Assembly: GCA_040954595.2 (NCBI GenBank)
Contig: CM082580.2
Span: 9,960,390-10,024,389, forward strand
Direction of reading: 5' to 3'
Length of the DNA: 64,000 bases
Source of the DNA: Balanoglossus misakiensis
Lineage: Eukaryota; Animalia; Hemichordata
Shown here piece after piece: positions 24,729-37,185 of this stretch. The notes under the pieces were generated by a model. It was not told the DNA's origin. It searched no databases and saw only the letters and a program-made list of their open reading frames with translations. The translations under genes and the position numbers were made by a program. Each line of letters begins with the position of its first letter. Within the stretch, counting starts at the first letter, position 1.

Positions 24729-27433
24729 TTACTGCTTCTCCTCTCCATCAAAGCAGTGCAGAGATTTGCAGTATTCTTTATCTTGAAGTGGTGAAATGCC
24801 CTCAGATTTCATTTTGATTAGTGTTATCTCTTCCTCTTGATACTTCAGTCCCTTCGTCTGAAGAGACAAAGCTGTCAACAGCTCAATCACGCCCTTTTGT
24901 TCGTTCAGAATGGCATAATACAGAGGTCGAAAGCCACTTTTATCACACGCATTAGTTTCACTGCCTGCACTAACGAGTTTTTTCACAGCGTCTGCCCTGC
25001 CGTGTGCCGCTGCGAAGTGCAACGGAGTCCACTGATCTGCGTCGACAACATTGACATTGACGTCCCATTTCATCAACTCCGCGATGACTTCGGTGTTTCC
25101 TTCCCGGGCTGCCAGGTGAAGTGGGTAAGTATTCCCGACACTACTGCACGCTCCGTCCTCCCGCACGCTTCCGGACACGACGTCCTCCTTGATGTTCTCC
25201 GGCGGTTCCTCGCCCCACCCGGATTTGATCACGTAGCCGTAGTCCGCCACGTCCAAGGAGCCGCCGTTGGTGTTCTTGATGAACAGCGGGTACTTGCACC
25301 TTTCCACCTGCACGTAGTGCCACGCTCTCTTGCCCCGGTCAGTTCCTCTGACCAGGTAAGTGTAATCGGTCGAGCTCAGCTCTGCCTTGGCATTGACCAG
25401 CTGCTTCACGGCACCGCGTCCGATTTTCTCTGAGATGTGCTGTATCAGCAGCTGCACGATGCGCGGATTGCCTTTCTGCACAGCGTGGTGTACGATATTG
25501 TAACCGTTCTTGTAGGTTGTCAAGGGATCGGCGCCGTGGGAGAGCAGTGTGGAAACACAGTCGATTTCGTTACAGGACGCAGCATAGTGAAGCGGTGTGA
25601 TTCCGTTCTTCGACTGGGCATTGATTTCTGCGCCTTTGTCCAGCAGAAATTCTATGAGCCTGGGGCTTGCACCTACAATTGCTCTGTGCAAGCAGGTGTG
25701 CTCGTACTTGACATTTTTGATGTTGACGTCCGTAAAGTGGTTTTCTGTGATCAGATATTTGACGACGTCATAGTGTCCCCACTCCGCTGCCCTGTGTAAG
25801 CACGTGCCTCCGTGGTCCCCACTTCTGAGCATGACATCGGCTCCAAACTCGATGAGCATTCTCACTGCATCAAGTTTACCAGCTCCACAGGCCATGTACA
25901 GAGGCGTTATCTTCAACTCTACGGCGACTGCATTGACATCGACGCCGTTCTTGTGGAGTTTGCGGATGCTAGAGACATCTCCGTTTCTGGCCGCTCTGTG
26001 GATGTCTTCAAAACTGGCTTCCACCTTCAAGACGTCCTTCAGCTCCTTCAGGAAACTGTCGTGCTTCAGTTTCATCGCAATGTCTTCCGCCGTCAGATGT
26101 AAATGCTCACTGTCGTAGTTTGTCACCTTTCTGTTCAGGAGTGTGCTCAAATCAGTAAATGCGTACAGCAGTATGCAGATAAAAGGTCTGTTGCAACAGG
26201 CTGCCAGGTGCAGCAATGTCAGTCCGTCGCGGACAGTGTAAAGGTCTGCTTTCTTTGCAAGCTCAGTTATGGTGCTCTCACCCGCACCCTCCTCCAACGC
26301 ATTAAACAACTGCTCTTCTGGGGATCTAGCAATGTGGATCTCATTTTCTGTGAAAGGAAATATAAATAATGTTTACAATCATAGAAATATTATAAACTCT
26401 TTGGTTCAAAGATGAATGGCATTTTGAGACCACTTTGGCTTACACTGTTGATCACAGTACATGTGAATCTACAAATGAATACATGTGGGGCACGATGCGC
26501 TTACTGTTTTGGACATGTCTTCTACTCACCCACAAGTTCAACAACTTCCTCTGTGAATTGACTGCCTGCCTCTTCTGGAAGTGGTACTTGTATCATCTCG
26601 TAGTCCTTGATCAGGTCATCAATTGAATCTGTGTGTAACGAATTCAGTGATGTAACATGTTCATTTAATTTTAATTATGGTCTTCCCTGTGATCATGAAA
26701 TTAACCAAAAATTTCAACTGTGTGACTACCACATTATATATTTTGCCAAGATGCATTTACACTGCTTAGAAACCTCTGTTAAACTTTCTTTTTTAATCAG
26801 CCAGTATACAAAAATACAAATGTAAAAGGAAAAGACCAATCTACTGACCTGACCAACCGGCAAACTCTTCCGGATCTCCATCTTCCGTGTCAGAGTAAGC
26901 GTCTTCAAAATCGTCTTTGAATGGTTTGACTATCATTCCACTGTAACTCACCATTGTTCGTTTTGCCAAGTACACAGAAAATGTCCCGTTTCTACAGTCC
27001 TGAAAAAGTCTCCGCGCTGCATGTTTCCCATCAATGCTGACATGAACCCACTTTGGATCAACGTGTACAACCTCATAGAAGTGTTCCTCCTTCTCATCGA
27101 CGTAAATTGGTTTGTTTGTGTCTTGCAGCTTACCTATTTCTGCTCGCAAATGTTGCTGCTGGTGCTGGCTGTGATGACCTATGGATATTCTCACTGGAAA
27201 AAAATAGAACAATTTTGTAAGCGGTAATAATTGTGTGCGTGTGGGGGGGGGGCACAACAGTTTTCCGACATAGTAGTATGTTTTTCAGGCTTCATCATTC
27301 AAACACTTTCTGGAGCCTTGGGGTAAGTTACTGAAAAAAATATGAATTTCACAGTTATATTACCTGTGTTGGGTGTGCCTTTCTTTTCTTTTGTTAGAGT
27401 CTCCCAACAGTCTGATGCAGTTTCAAGAGCCAT
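24729..27433 (-). CDS. Gene C: divergent TRADD-N-like domain + ankyrin repeats with inserted domain, no NTPase (~710 aa)
   Basis: Exons 27364-27433 (tentative ATG), 26849-27193 (VRISIG...ARRLFQDCRNG...FKDDFEDAY), 26530-26628 and 24729-26347 all join in phase 1. The ankyrin exon starts like gene B's (SPEEQLFNAL vs SPERKVIFEAI). Confidence 0.82.
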
Positions 27434-28483
27434 CTTCTGCAAGAGAGCGTAAGTACATATGTCATCATCCGAGCACTAACCAGTTACGGCTTCGACAATA
27501 AAGTAGGGATGGTACTCACTACTGTACCAAAGGTATGACCTAGTAACGCTAAGCATAGCATTTATCATAGGGTTTTCAGAGAAAATCTATGAGGAATCTG
27601 TTGTGCAACACATTTTCTATTCTTGTACATTATACCATGGGTTAACGGACAGGAACACATCGAGATATACGGAAGTAAGTTGGTAAATGTAACACAACAG
27701 ACGAGAAAAAAAAACTGGTACACCTCATTGAGTTTTCCTAAACCGAATGCTGGATACCTGATGAAGCAAATACCTTTTACGTGTAATAGTTCGCACATCC
27801 GAAAGCTAAATTGCTTTACAGATGTTATACACTTTTGCCCCACCCCTCCGCACATAATCATCACATCCTATTTCCTATAGTCTATGGGATGGGCGGAAAA
27901 GTTCTGTCGCTCGACAATCTAAAAATCAGGGTAAATGAAAGGTCTTTGCTCAACACTACCCCGGTTCTAACGTTTTACCTCAATTTCGGGGCCTGGTAAG
28001 TGTATCATGTGGCCCCTGTGAGTTGTCGCGGTGTAAAAGGCAGTTGCCTTGCTGGGAAACCTCTTCAGACTTTCATCATCTTTCTTCGGACATCCATATT
28101 CCTCGGGTATTTCCCCGGCCTCGTTCTGGGAGAGAGGATACACCGACGAGGTTGGTAACGTCTATTTATTCAAGGGGTGGGCAGACGAAAGCGAACACAT
28201 GTTGTGGGACTGTGTCTGGCAATATAGTTGAAATAAATCAGAAAAAGAGCTTACTTTAGAAGCAAATAGCTTATATGAGGTCTTAATTACAGCTATATAT
28301 ATCGAGATTATGTATTCACTTCTGCTTGATTGGCCTGATCCTTTGACCGGAAAAGTCCCCGATGATTAGGAATAGAATGCCCCGTTGGAGGCATTGCTTT
28401 ACAAACAATCTTACCAATCACTGCCAGCTGTCATTATATTTTCCTGCCTTCGAAACGAAAAGGAAAGCCGGTAGACTTACAAT

Positions 28484-31425
28484 ATGTTCCCCGTAAAATC
28501 AACAATGATTTCCACTCCGCTGTTTGTTCTACTTCTAACGGGTTTGGTGGCCGCATGGGATAGCGAAGAATTGGAGTTGTTCGATCTCGTGGAAGAAATA
28601 CAGCAAAATTTCTATGAAGTCTTGGGACTTGACTCCGTAAGTTTACCTTGCCAAGACAGCTGTGCTCGTGTCCGCTTCGAAACGAATGATGCATATAATG
28701 TATTTTATTGATAATGCTCGGTTTGTTCTTTTCTCCAGTCAGCCTCTCAAGGAGACATCAAGCGTGCCTACAGAAAGTTATCCCTCCAGCTTCACCCTGA
28801 TAAAAATAAAGAAGATGATGCAGAAGAAAAATTTCGACAGGTCAGTCAAATCATTGGCTCCAACTATCCCTTGTGTGTACTTTATTAAGTTGTCAGTGTT
28901 AAGTTTATGCATCTCATAGTCATTGTATAAAAATACATATAATTGCCAATGATCATTTTCTGATTCCTCAGCTTGTTGCTGTTGCTGAAGTCCTCAAAGA
29001 TGAAAGCAAGAGAAAGAGGTAAGTGATGTAAAAATGTGAATTCAAAGATTGGAACTTAAAAGTTCGAGGCCACCTAGCCATGTGTGGTCTATATAGATTA
29101 TGATGCTACTAAGTTTCCATTCACACATATTTTGAGCGCACTCTGATTCTACATTATTGTAAATATCTGTAGATATGATGAAATTTTGGTGAATGGTTTG
29201 CCCGACTGGAGACAACCAGTGTTCTACTACAGACGTGTGCGTAAGATGGGTCTGATGGAGTTGTCGGCATTCCTGCTCATCATAATCACCATAGGGCAGT
29301 ATTTGGTTGCGTGGTCCATTTATCTGGAAAGGAAACTGGTGTTGGTGAGTTTAACTTAAGTGCGTGTCATTGTATGATAATTTAGGATAAGCTTTTCTTA
29401 ATGAACACAATACATCTTGCCAAAGCATCTTTTCTGTGCATTTCTTTGCAGGAAGAAATATTGTCAAAGAAGAAAAAATACAAAAAGAAGAAAAAAGACT
29501 CGAAGCAGGCCAAAAGCAGCGAAGGCGACAATCCAGATGAATTTATGGACGAGCTGAATTCTATTCCAAAACCTCAAATCACAAACTTGTTACCTTTCCA
29601 AATGTACCGACTCGCGAAGACTTCCATAAAAGCAGCACCGGGCAGTGTGGAGATATTGACAAATTTCTTTGGGTCTGTGATGAAGAAAAAGCCAACAGAA
29701 GAAGAAGAAGAAAATGTAGAAAATGATTATCAGAAGGTGAAAAGGGTGCCAAAGGATCAGTTTGAGAAAGTGGAATATAAGATGAGTGAGTTAACAACAC
29801 CAGTAGTGTCATACACAGCAACAAATTCTACAACAACTGAGCAGGAACATGGAAATGAGAATACCAACACATCTCAGAAGGTATGTCCCTATTACAGTTG
29901 CATAGTAACTCTCATTATGCAATCAAGATGCATTTGAGTAATTCTACTCTCCAGTTGTGCCCTGTAAGACAAGAACATGTATGTGTATGTCAATATGACA
30001 ATAATTCTACAGAGTAACATCATGGGAACCATTATTGCCCTTTGCAGGGTTGTGAGTGGAAGGATGATGACATCTCTTTGCTTGCACGGAGCATGGCCAA
30101 ATATCCCGGAGGAACTGCTGCAAGGTGGGAAAAAATTGCCAGTGACGTTGGAAGAACTGTTCAAGAGGTAGGGTTCCGTTACATGCCTTGTACCGTAAAG
30201 TCTTTCAACAGTGAACAGCTTTGATTATGTGAATAGACCATATACATATACAGTGACTTGGAACTCGGTGATATAATCATGTACAAGATTGTAATTTGTT
30301 CATTATCTGAAGGTGTCAGATAAGCACATTAGACTGTAAAGTACAGCTGTTTGAGGGCGCTCCATACCTCTGCAAATGATTGTACCTTACAGTCTATGTA
30401 ATTGCTTTACATGTAAACTTCTAGGTCACTAAGAAGGCCAAAGAAATAAAGTCATCATATGCCGTCAGCGTACAACCTGCTTCACAAGGTAAAGTCACAT
30501 CACCACTTTATTACATCTGTCTTCATGAAAATCTTCATGGTGGCCGTTGCCATGGCTGCTGTCGTTGATGGCAGTTTCTATAAGAGTGAGTACACCCTGC
30601 CCCGCATGTATCATTGTAATGTTTCTAATTGTTTGTTTCAGGCATTACAGGAGGCATCAACCAACCAGTTGTGAGTAAATCTGGCAAGCTGATCAAGGAA
30701 GAAGAAATTTCCACAAGAGTCGAAGATCTTGCGGCAGTCAAGTCATATGAATCAGACGTTGTCTTCAGAGATTCAGAAAACACGGCAGAGGGAGAAACTG
30801 AAGTGAGAAGACGAAACAAGCGAAATCCCAAAAGCAAAGAGAGGACTTTACTTCTCACCCAGAGAGCAGAAGAAAACACTGAAGATAATTTCAAGGATTT
30901 TGAGTTTAAAAATAAGACAACAAGCGAGGAGCAGAACAGTTTCAATGGCGGCGGGGCCTGCAAATTGTGGAGTCAAGAACAACAGAAGATGTTGGAAGTA
31001 TCACTCACAAAATATCCAAAGACAACTCCAGAAAGATGGGACAAAATTGCAGGGGCTATACCCGGTAAAACTAAGGTGGGTGAGGTGTGAAATTGGGCGG
31101 TGTTACATTTAGATTTGACACTGGCGGTGGGTAAAATTAGTCTAATAGAATCATGTTTATACCTACATGTACATTTAGTTTTGGTAGAAATAAGAAGCTT
31201 GAGGACGTATGGATTAAAAGATATGTGAAATCCACTGTGAAGGAGTTTCACCACACTCTTCCAGTGTGTACGTGTCATGTCATTGCTGGTGTCAACAAGA
31301 ACAATGGTAGACCTCCAGAAGTAAATGTCATCTCCAAATATCTTCTTCTGTTGCAGGAGGAATGCATAGCCAGGTACAAAGAACTTGTGGATATGGTGAG
31401 AAAGAAGAAACAGAGTCAAGACTAG
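28484..31425 (+). CDS. DNAJC1: DnaJ homolog subfamily C member 1 (ER membrane J-protein with two SANT/Myb domains)
   Basis: Signal peptide then [16 protein letters not shown]; J-domain [17 protein letters not shown] (exon 28739-28840); [25 protein letters not shown] plus a TM segment (29172-29344); SANT repeats [28 protein letters not shown] and [28 protein letters not shown]; last exon [11 protein letters not shown]. About 9 exons. Confidence 0.95.
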
Positions 31426-33691
31426 TAGTTGCTATTGGCAAGGACTTTTAAAAAAACACATACTTATTGTAAAAACTAGATGAAAAATTTATTATTATTA
31501 TAATATGTATATTCATTCCTTTATGTGGACTTAGTGACATGTGACACTAAAGTCAGATTAAAATATAACTACGAACTTTAATGCAAAACGAAAAAACTGC
31601 CTTCTTCTGAGTGTAATTATTTTGGTGCTAGTTTCATATCTAATCCATCCACATCTCATTTACTGTGTAAAGCTTATCCGTGTAAAGTTCAAGTGTTATT
31701 ACGTTTCTCGGTGTGTTTGCATGGCAATGTACACACTACACTCAAGTACACTGAACACATGCAGATATACAGGTGACATGTTTTCAGCACACAAAGTAAA
31801 ATTTTATGACTCAAATCTAAACAATCATGTGGCAATTGTGACATAAAATTTGGATATTAATATTTAAATGAAATGCAACTCGCTTCTCAGATGGTGATTT
31901 GATGGGATGTTATTTATTTTGTCGCGTGAAATCACTGCAGTTCGGTGCAACTTTTCAAAAACGTGATCATCGGACTTCCAGCTGTATTTTGTGTTTTTAT
32001 TTATTATGGATAGCTGTTCTGTGCATTTTATCTTGATATCTGATGAGTCGGTTGTTTATACATTGTGATATGCGTAGGAAAGTTTTTGCTTTTTGTTTAA
32101 ATAAAATACTAAATTCATTGAATATGGATGATACAGATGATTGCTGTGTGTAACTGAAACTTGGTTGCTATGATGGAGAAGATCAAAAAATGGATGGCAT
32201 CAACGGGGGGGGGGGGGGGTATTCCCCCTATGCCAGAATATTTGGGGGAATGTAATATCTCTAACATGCGAGTGAAATCATTTTAAGGGGTACTGATCTC
32301 TCCTTGTCAACAGGGGGTGAATCCCCCCCATCCCCCTGGCTAGATGAAATGATGCGTGATATTCATGCTAAAATGATCAATAATGGCGTTTGGCGCTCTA
32401 TCAATCACTATGGTTATTGATTGATTTCACATGACTAACTTGGACATGCTGCTGAACGTTTTGTTTGTACATCACAAGCCTCGGCCCCGTAATCGATGTT
32501 ACATAATATTAATAAGAGTTATTCAATCAGCAAACCAGTTTATGATGGGACACAGGTCCACAAACTTCAATACATGTTGTAGCCTAGGTATCAGTTAACT
32601 TTCACATCTTCGAGTCAAAAGGGTATCCGTACTGGTAAGTATGGGTTGGAGGGTTCATCACTCCATGTTCATTTCTCTTCGACAGTTCATGCCTTTGTCT
32701 AGCAACTCTTGGCCCTGAATGCGTTGGTGGCTTGGTATCATCTGCCGCAAGATTTGGGGCTTACTGACAATTGCATTTAGTTTTCAGATACCGTTACATT
32801 TCTTTATGTTTCACAGAGTCAGCAATTTCTGAAACTCTCTGTGGTCGATTAAAGTTGATCAGATTTTAGACGTCGTCCACATTGGAGGCCAACCTGATTT
32901 GAGATAGCCGATTAAATAAAAAAAACCAATCCCATTAACCCGATCATTTTGCTCACAAAACCAGCTTCCACCAACATCGGATAAATCATTCACGCCCACC
33001 ATGCATGCACCAGGCCATGTTTACGCTCAAAGATGCACGTGCAAAGCAAAATAAAAACCTTGATGGTATTAACCCAAGTCCTGCTGTTACCATATAAGAG
33101 GGTTTAATACTTGCATGTTGGCACCGAAAGAAAGATTAATAGGTGGCCACTGTTATGACCCCTCGCAGATTAAAATATTTCTGAGATAGCCGATTAAAAT
33201 AGCAGATTAATATTTTAATCTGAGATAGCAGATTAAAATATTTCACAAATAATGTTTTTTCAGGTAAAACCAAAGAGGTCATGTCAGAGCCACTTGCTAG
33301 CGAGATTGGATGATTTATTGATTGACTGATAGATTGATTGATCGATTTTGTTTATTTGTAAAGATCACGGGCATGTCCGAAGTTTTTTTCGGAGGATAGA
33401 AAGTCCACGGACTTTCTATTGGAGGATATAAAGTCCAGGGATAAAGTCCACGGCCATGTCCGTGAACTTTCTATTAATCGGACGATATATGACAGTGACC
33501 TTCAAGGTCATGACCGCGATGCTGTGCGCTTGAGCAAGGCACGACAGGTGAATGCACGTTGATTGGAGGCATCTTTTTGTTTTCATAGCAGCTGATACCG
33601 GTTTCGGAAAAAAAGTCCCCTTTGTAATTTCAACACCAAACACCTGATACGGCACAGTCATCCTGTGGTCCGCAGGTACGAGTGATCAACC

Positions 33692-36304
33692 ATGAATACA
33701 GCAGTGTTCCTTGTCTTGCTTTGCCTTCCATTTGGAATGGATGCAGCAAAAAGCCGGGAAAAGCGAGAAGGTAAGGCGTGGTACATCTGTGTTCACCGCA
33801 AATAAATAAGACGAAAATGTTCGATTGACGCCCATCAAGTAATACACGTATTAGCTTCTTTTTTATCTAGTCCACAGCACGCGTGGTTCTTTATATCTTT
33901 TATCTTAGCCAAAGCAATTTCGCTGGCCAGCAGTTACATTAAAAATATGGCAATCGCGTCAGTTTCAATAAGTTTCTTTTTTATATCCAAAACATGTGTC
34001 CCATGCTTGTTATTTGCCAATTGATTGGTTCTTTCGAATGACAAAGGCCCCGTGAGACTTTTTACAAAAAAGATCAGAGCAGAATCTATTCTGACGCACG
34101 CAAACTGGGCGGCTATCGTTCCAAACCAACCCCGCAAGGGTGTTTCTTTACAGATAATCGTTTGATCTCTCGCCGTTTATTTTACAGGAGAGTCGTACAC
34201 TTTTGGAGCCCCACCAGTGTGCCTGGGGTACCCGCCACAGACAATTGGGATTCCCGGGTACGGGTACCTTCCCGACCCCTGTACAAGGGTGGGAGACTCT
34301 TTCGGGAGTATACTCAACTCCGACACGTGCATTCCACCCGGGAAAGTAATAAGCTGCAATGAAAGAGATCCCGTTGATGGCGAGGTAATTAATATAGTGT
34401 GATTAAAAATTCGAACGAATTGACCTCTTCCAAATCGTCAGTCCACAAAAGTGATCTGCTACGAGACATACTGTATGGTACGAACCGTCTACCGGAACCG
34501 AAGATTTGATAGAAATATGTACAATGTTGATATGCACTAAATTTTCCCTTACGATTTTACATAAAATGAGCGTCAGTGATACGAATCTTTTAGTAACGCC
34601 AACGTTTACGATTTAAACAGCTTTGGCTTGGCCGGGCACCTTTCTGCAACACCAAGCCCACCGACTGCACCGACCTGGGAATGGACCACGTCACTTCTGC
34701 AGACTGCGATGGAAGAGACGGCGACTGTTGCTGGTCAGGAAAGAAGCAGTTATGTCAGCCAAATGCAGGAACCCCACATAACGTCAGAGTTCCCGATGAA
34801 AATGACGGTAAGAACAATACATGTAATATACTATAATAGTTATTATAATCGATGGTCGGTTTCTGAACGAGCATTTAAAGCAAATCTAAAGACCTTTAAC
34901 ATATTACATGTAAATGAAATTTTAGGGATGAATTAAATTAAATGCAGATTGATTGGACCAAAAGTGTTTAATCCTTGTCACATGTTTATCTATACGAATG
35001 TTTTCTATTGGGGATATAGTTAGTTCTGCTCCAAATCTAATGAAACGTGATTGGCACATATGTTTATCTCACTAGGATATTATTTTACTAAGAGACTTTT
35101 AGTATTGCTCATCCACGTAATGCTCATCCAGAACCCAACATTGAGCATTCATTTTCGTGAAGTTTATTTGCTAGTTTGAATCATAGACGCTGGATTATCA
35201 CATTCCTTCATATTGGATTCTTTGTCTTCAGGTTCAGATAATGCCGTGTGTCAGGTGTTTAGTTTTTCAACCTGCAAGCGATGTTCCGGAAGACGCAAGC
35301 TTACTCTGTCCGGCGACAAAGCCCGGTGCGTGGCTCCGAGGCTGCGGCGCCGTGCAGAACCAACGCCGGCCACGTCTCTGTCGGTCGTCACCTACAACGT
35401 ATACGAAGTGCCGTTTGAAGTCGGCTATGCTGCCCAGAAGGAGAGGCTCTGTCGCATTCCGAAACGACTCTTGGAGACGTTGCCCGAAGTCGACGTCATC
35501 GCTTTTCAAGAAGTGTTTTTGGGAGGGTGCGCGCCAGAATTCGGCGTATCTCTGAGGGAGCTCTTAAGGAGGAATGGATTTCGGTACTCCACGGCCACTG
35601 TCGGCGACCGTCCGGGCGAGGGCCGGCCGTACAACGGCGGGGCTTTCATAGCTTCAAGATGGCCAATCAAAGCTTCCGACACTGACATTTTTACAGTTGT
35701 CAACGTGCAAGAAAAGGATGTAGTTTTTGCCAAGGGTGTCGTGTACGCAAAGATCGCCAAAAAGGTGGACGGAAAGCGCATGCTGTATCACATCTTCAAC
35801 GCTCATTTCCAAGCCAATAGAGGTGTCGAGAACGACGCAGTGCGCGTCAAGCAAGCCGAGCAGATAGCAAGATTCAAAGAGTCAAAGAACATCCCGCCCG
35901 AACAACCAGTCATCTATGCCGGAGATTTCAACGCTGACCACTTCAACAGTAGTGCAAACGTGGAGGCCATGTTTGCAGAGTCTGCTTTGAAGGCTGTCGT
36001 GCCAGATATAGTCGGTGAGCTGGTCACTACCTGGGACCCAACCATGAACGGTCTGTTGGCAGCATCCACGCATCCACCAGAGTGGTTGGACTACGTGGTC
36101 ACTTCCAATGATCACCTTCAGCCATCTTCAGCCAGTCAGCAAGCTATCCGACTCCTCTCCGACGATCCAATCTATTTCTGTATTCCTCCCGGTACCACAC
36201 TGCCATATTATATCTTCATCCCACCAAACCCATCACAGTGTTTGGCTGTAACCGACCTCTCTGACCACTTCCCTGTTCTTGGAAAATTCGAATTTGAAAT
36301 CTGA
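33692..36304 (+). CDS. Secreted sphingomyelinase C-like phosphodiesterase (EEP/DNase I-like superfamily) with Cys-rich N-terminal region
   Basis: Exons ~33692-33771 (signal peptide MNTAVFLVLLCLPFG), 34188-34384, 34621-34807 and 35232-36304. Catalytic motifs are all intact: TYNV, FQEVF, SRWPI, KGVVYAKI, NAHFQA, GDFN, LDYV, SDHFPV. Confidence 0.88.
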
Positions 36305-37185
36305 TGTGTGGAAAAATCCTCAATTTATCTGTTATCGGTGACACTTCTTACAGTTTTCATTGAAATCTGATGATGGAAGTCCCTTTTTCATCACGAAGCA
36401 TTGAGACATTCTACACCTTCAGTGATAAAATGTAATTTTATCGTAATTAACAATGAACATAAACATTTGTGAAACCCCAGGAGCGTACATGTTATACAGT
36501 CACATGACTTCAATGAACACATGTGCAAATGCATCATTCTATGTATTCTTACAAAATTATGAAATAAACCAACTGCTAGACTCTTGAATCCTTCACAAGA
36601 TAAATCTAAAACTCACATTAATTTCTCTTCTTTTAAGATGACAATAAACTGGGATTTGACCCCTGACACGGTTTCATTTTTGCTTTGACCCCCTAGCACC
36701 AAGTTTTGCCATGGCACACGAAGAAATTTGCGCAAAATGCTACGAGAATAAGGCATGCCTGGGTCTTTGGTCTTGGTATGACAGAGTGGCCGCATTGTAT
36801 CACATGGCAAAACATAACAGTGTTTGTTCTTGTACCACATTGAGGAATGTCTTCATAATGCACTTATTAGATATACAGGCATCACCTTTAAGTTGAAACG
36901 ATGTGGGATGCGAGGTAAGTGGATTGAGCTGGGAGATATACCTCTCCTCATATACCACCACAACACAATCCTTCAGCTATCTTAAAATTAAAATCCCAGT
37001 CTGTCATTCTGGGGTGGGGACACCAATACAAGCGGGTTTGCCAAGGACCACTGGCAATAACTTAAAGGACAAAATGATGAAGGTGGCGATATTATCTCAA
37101 ATAAGCCACCAAGCAAAAATAACCACCATGTTTTCAAGAGCAGACGAGGACTTCAACGTTGAACACCAGCAAATTAGAGATAAGT

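Noticed and set aside
7906-26347. Bacterial contamination or endosymbiont insertion as the source of the ankyrin/STAND genes
   Set aside because: The genes have many canonical spliceosomal introns in consistent phase and are contiguous with typical animal genes.
24837-26369. Plus-strand ORFs of 88-198 aa over gene C, and similar ones over genes A, B, the ZF gene and the SMase
   Set aside because: They are antisense shadows of real coding exons, show no motifs, and many start at non-ATG codons.
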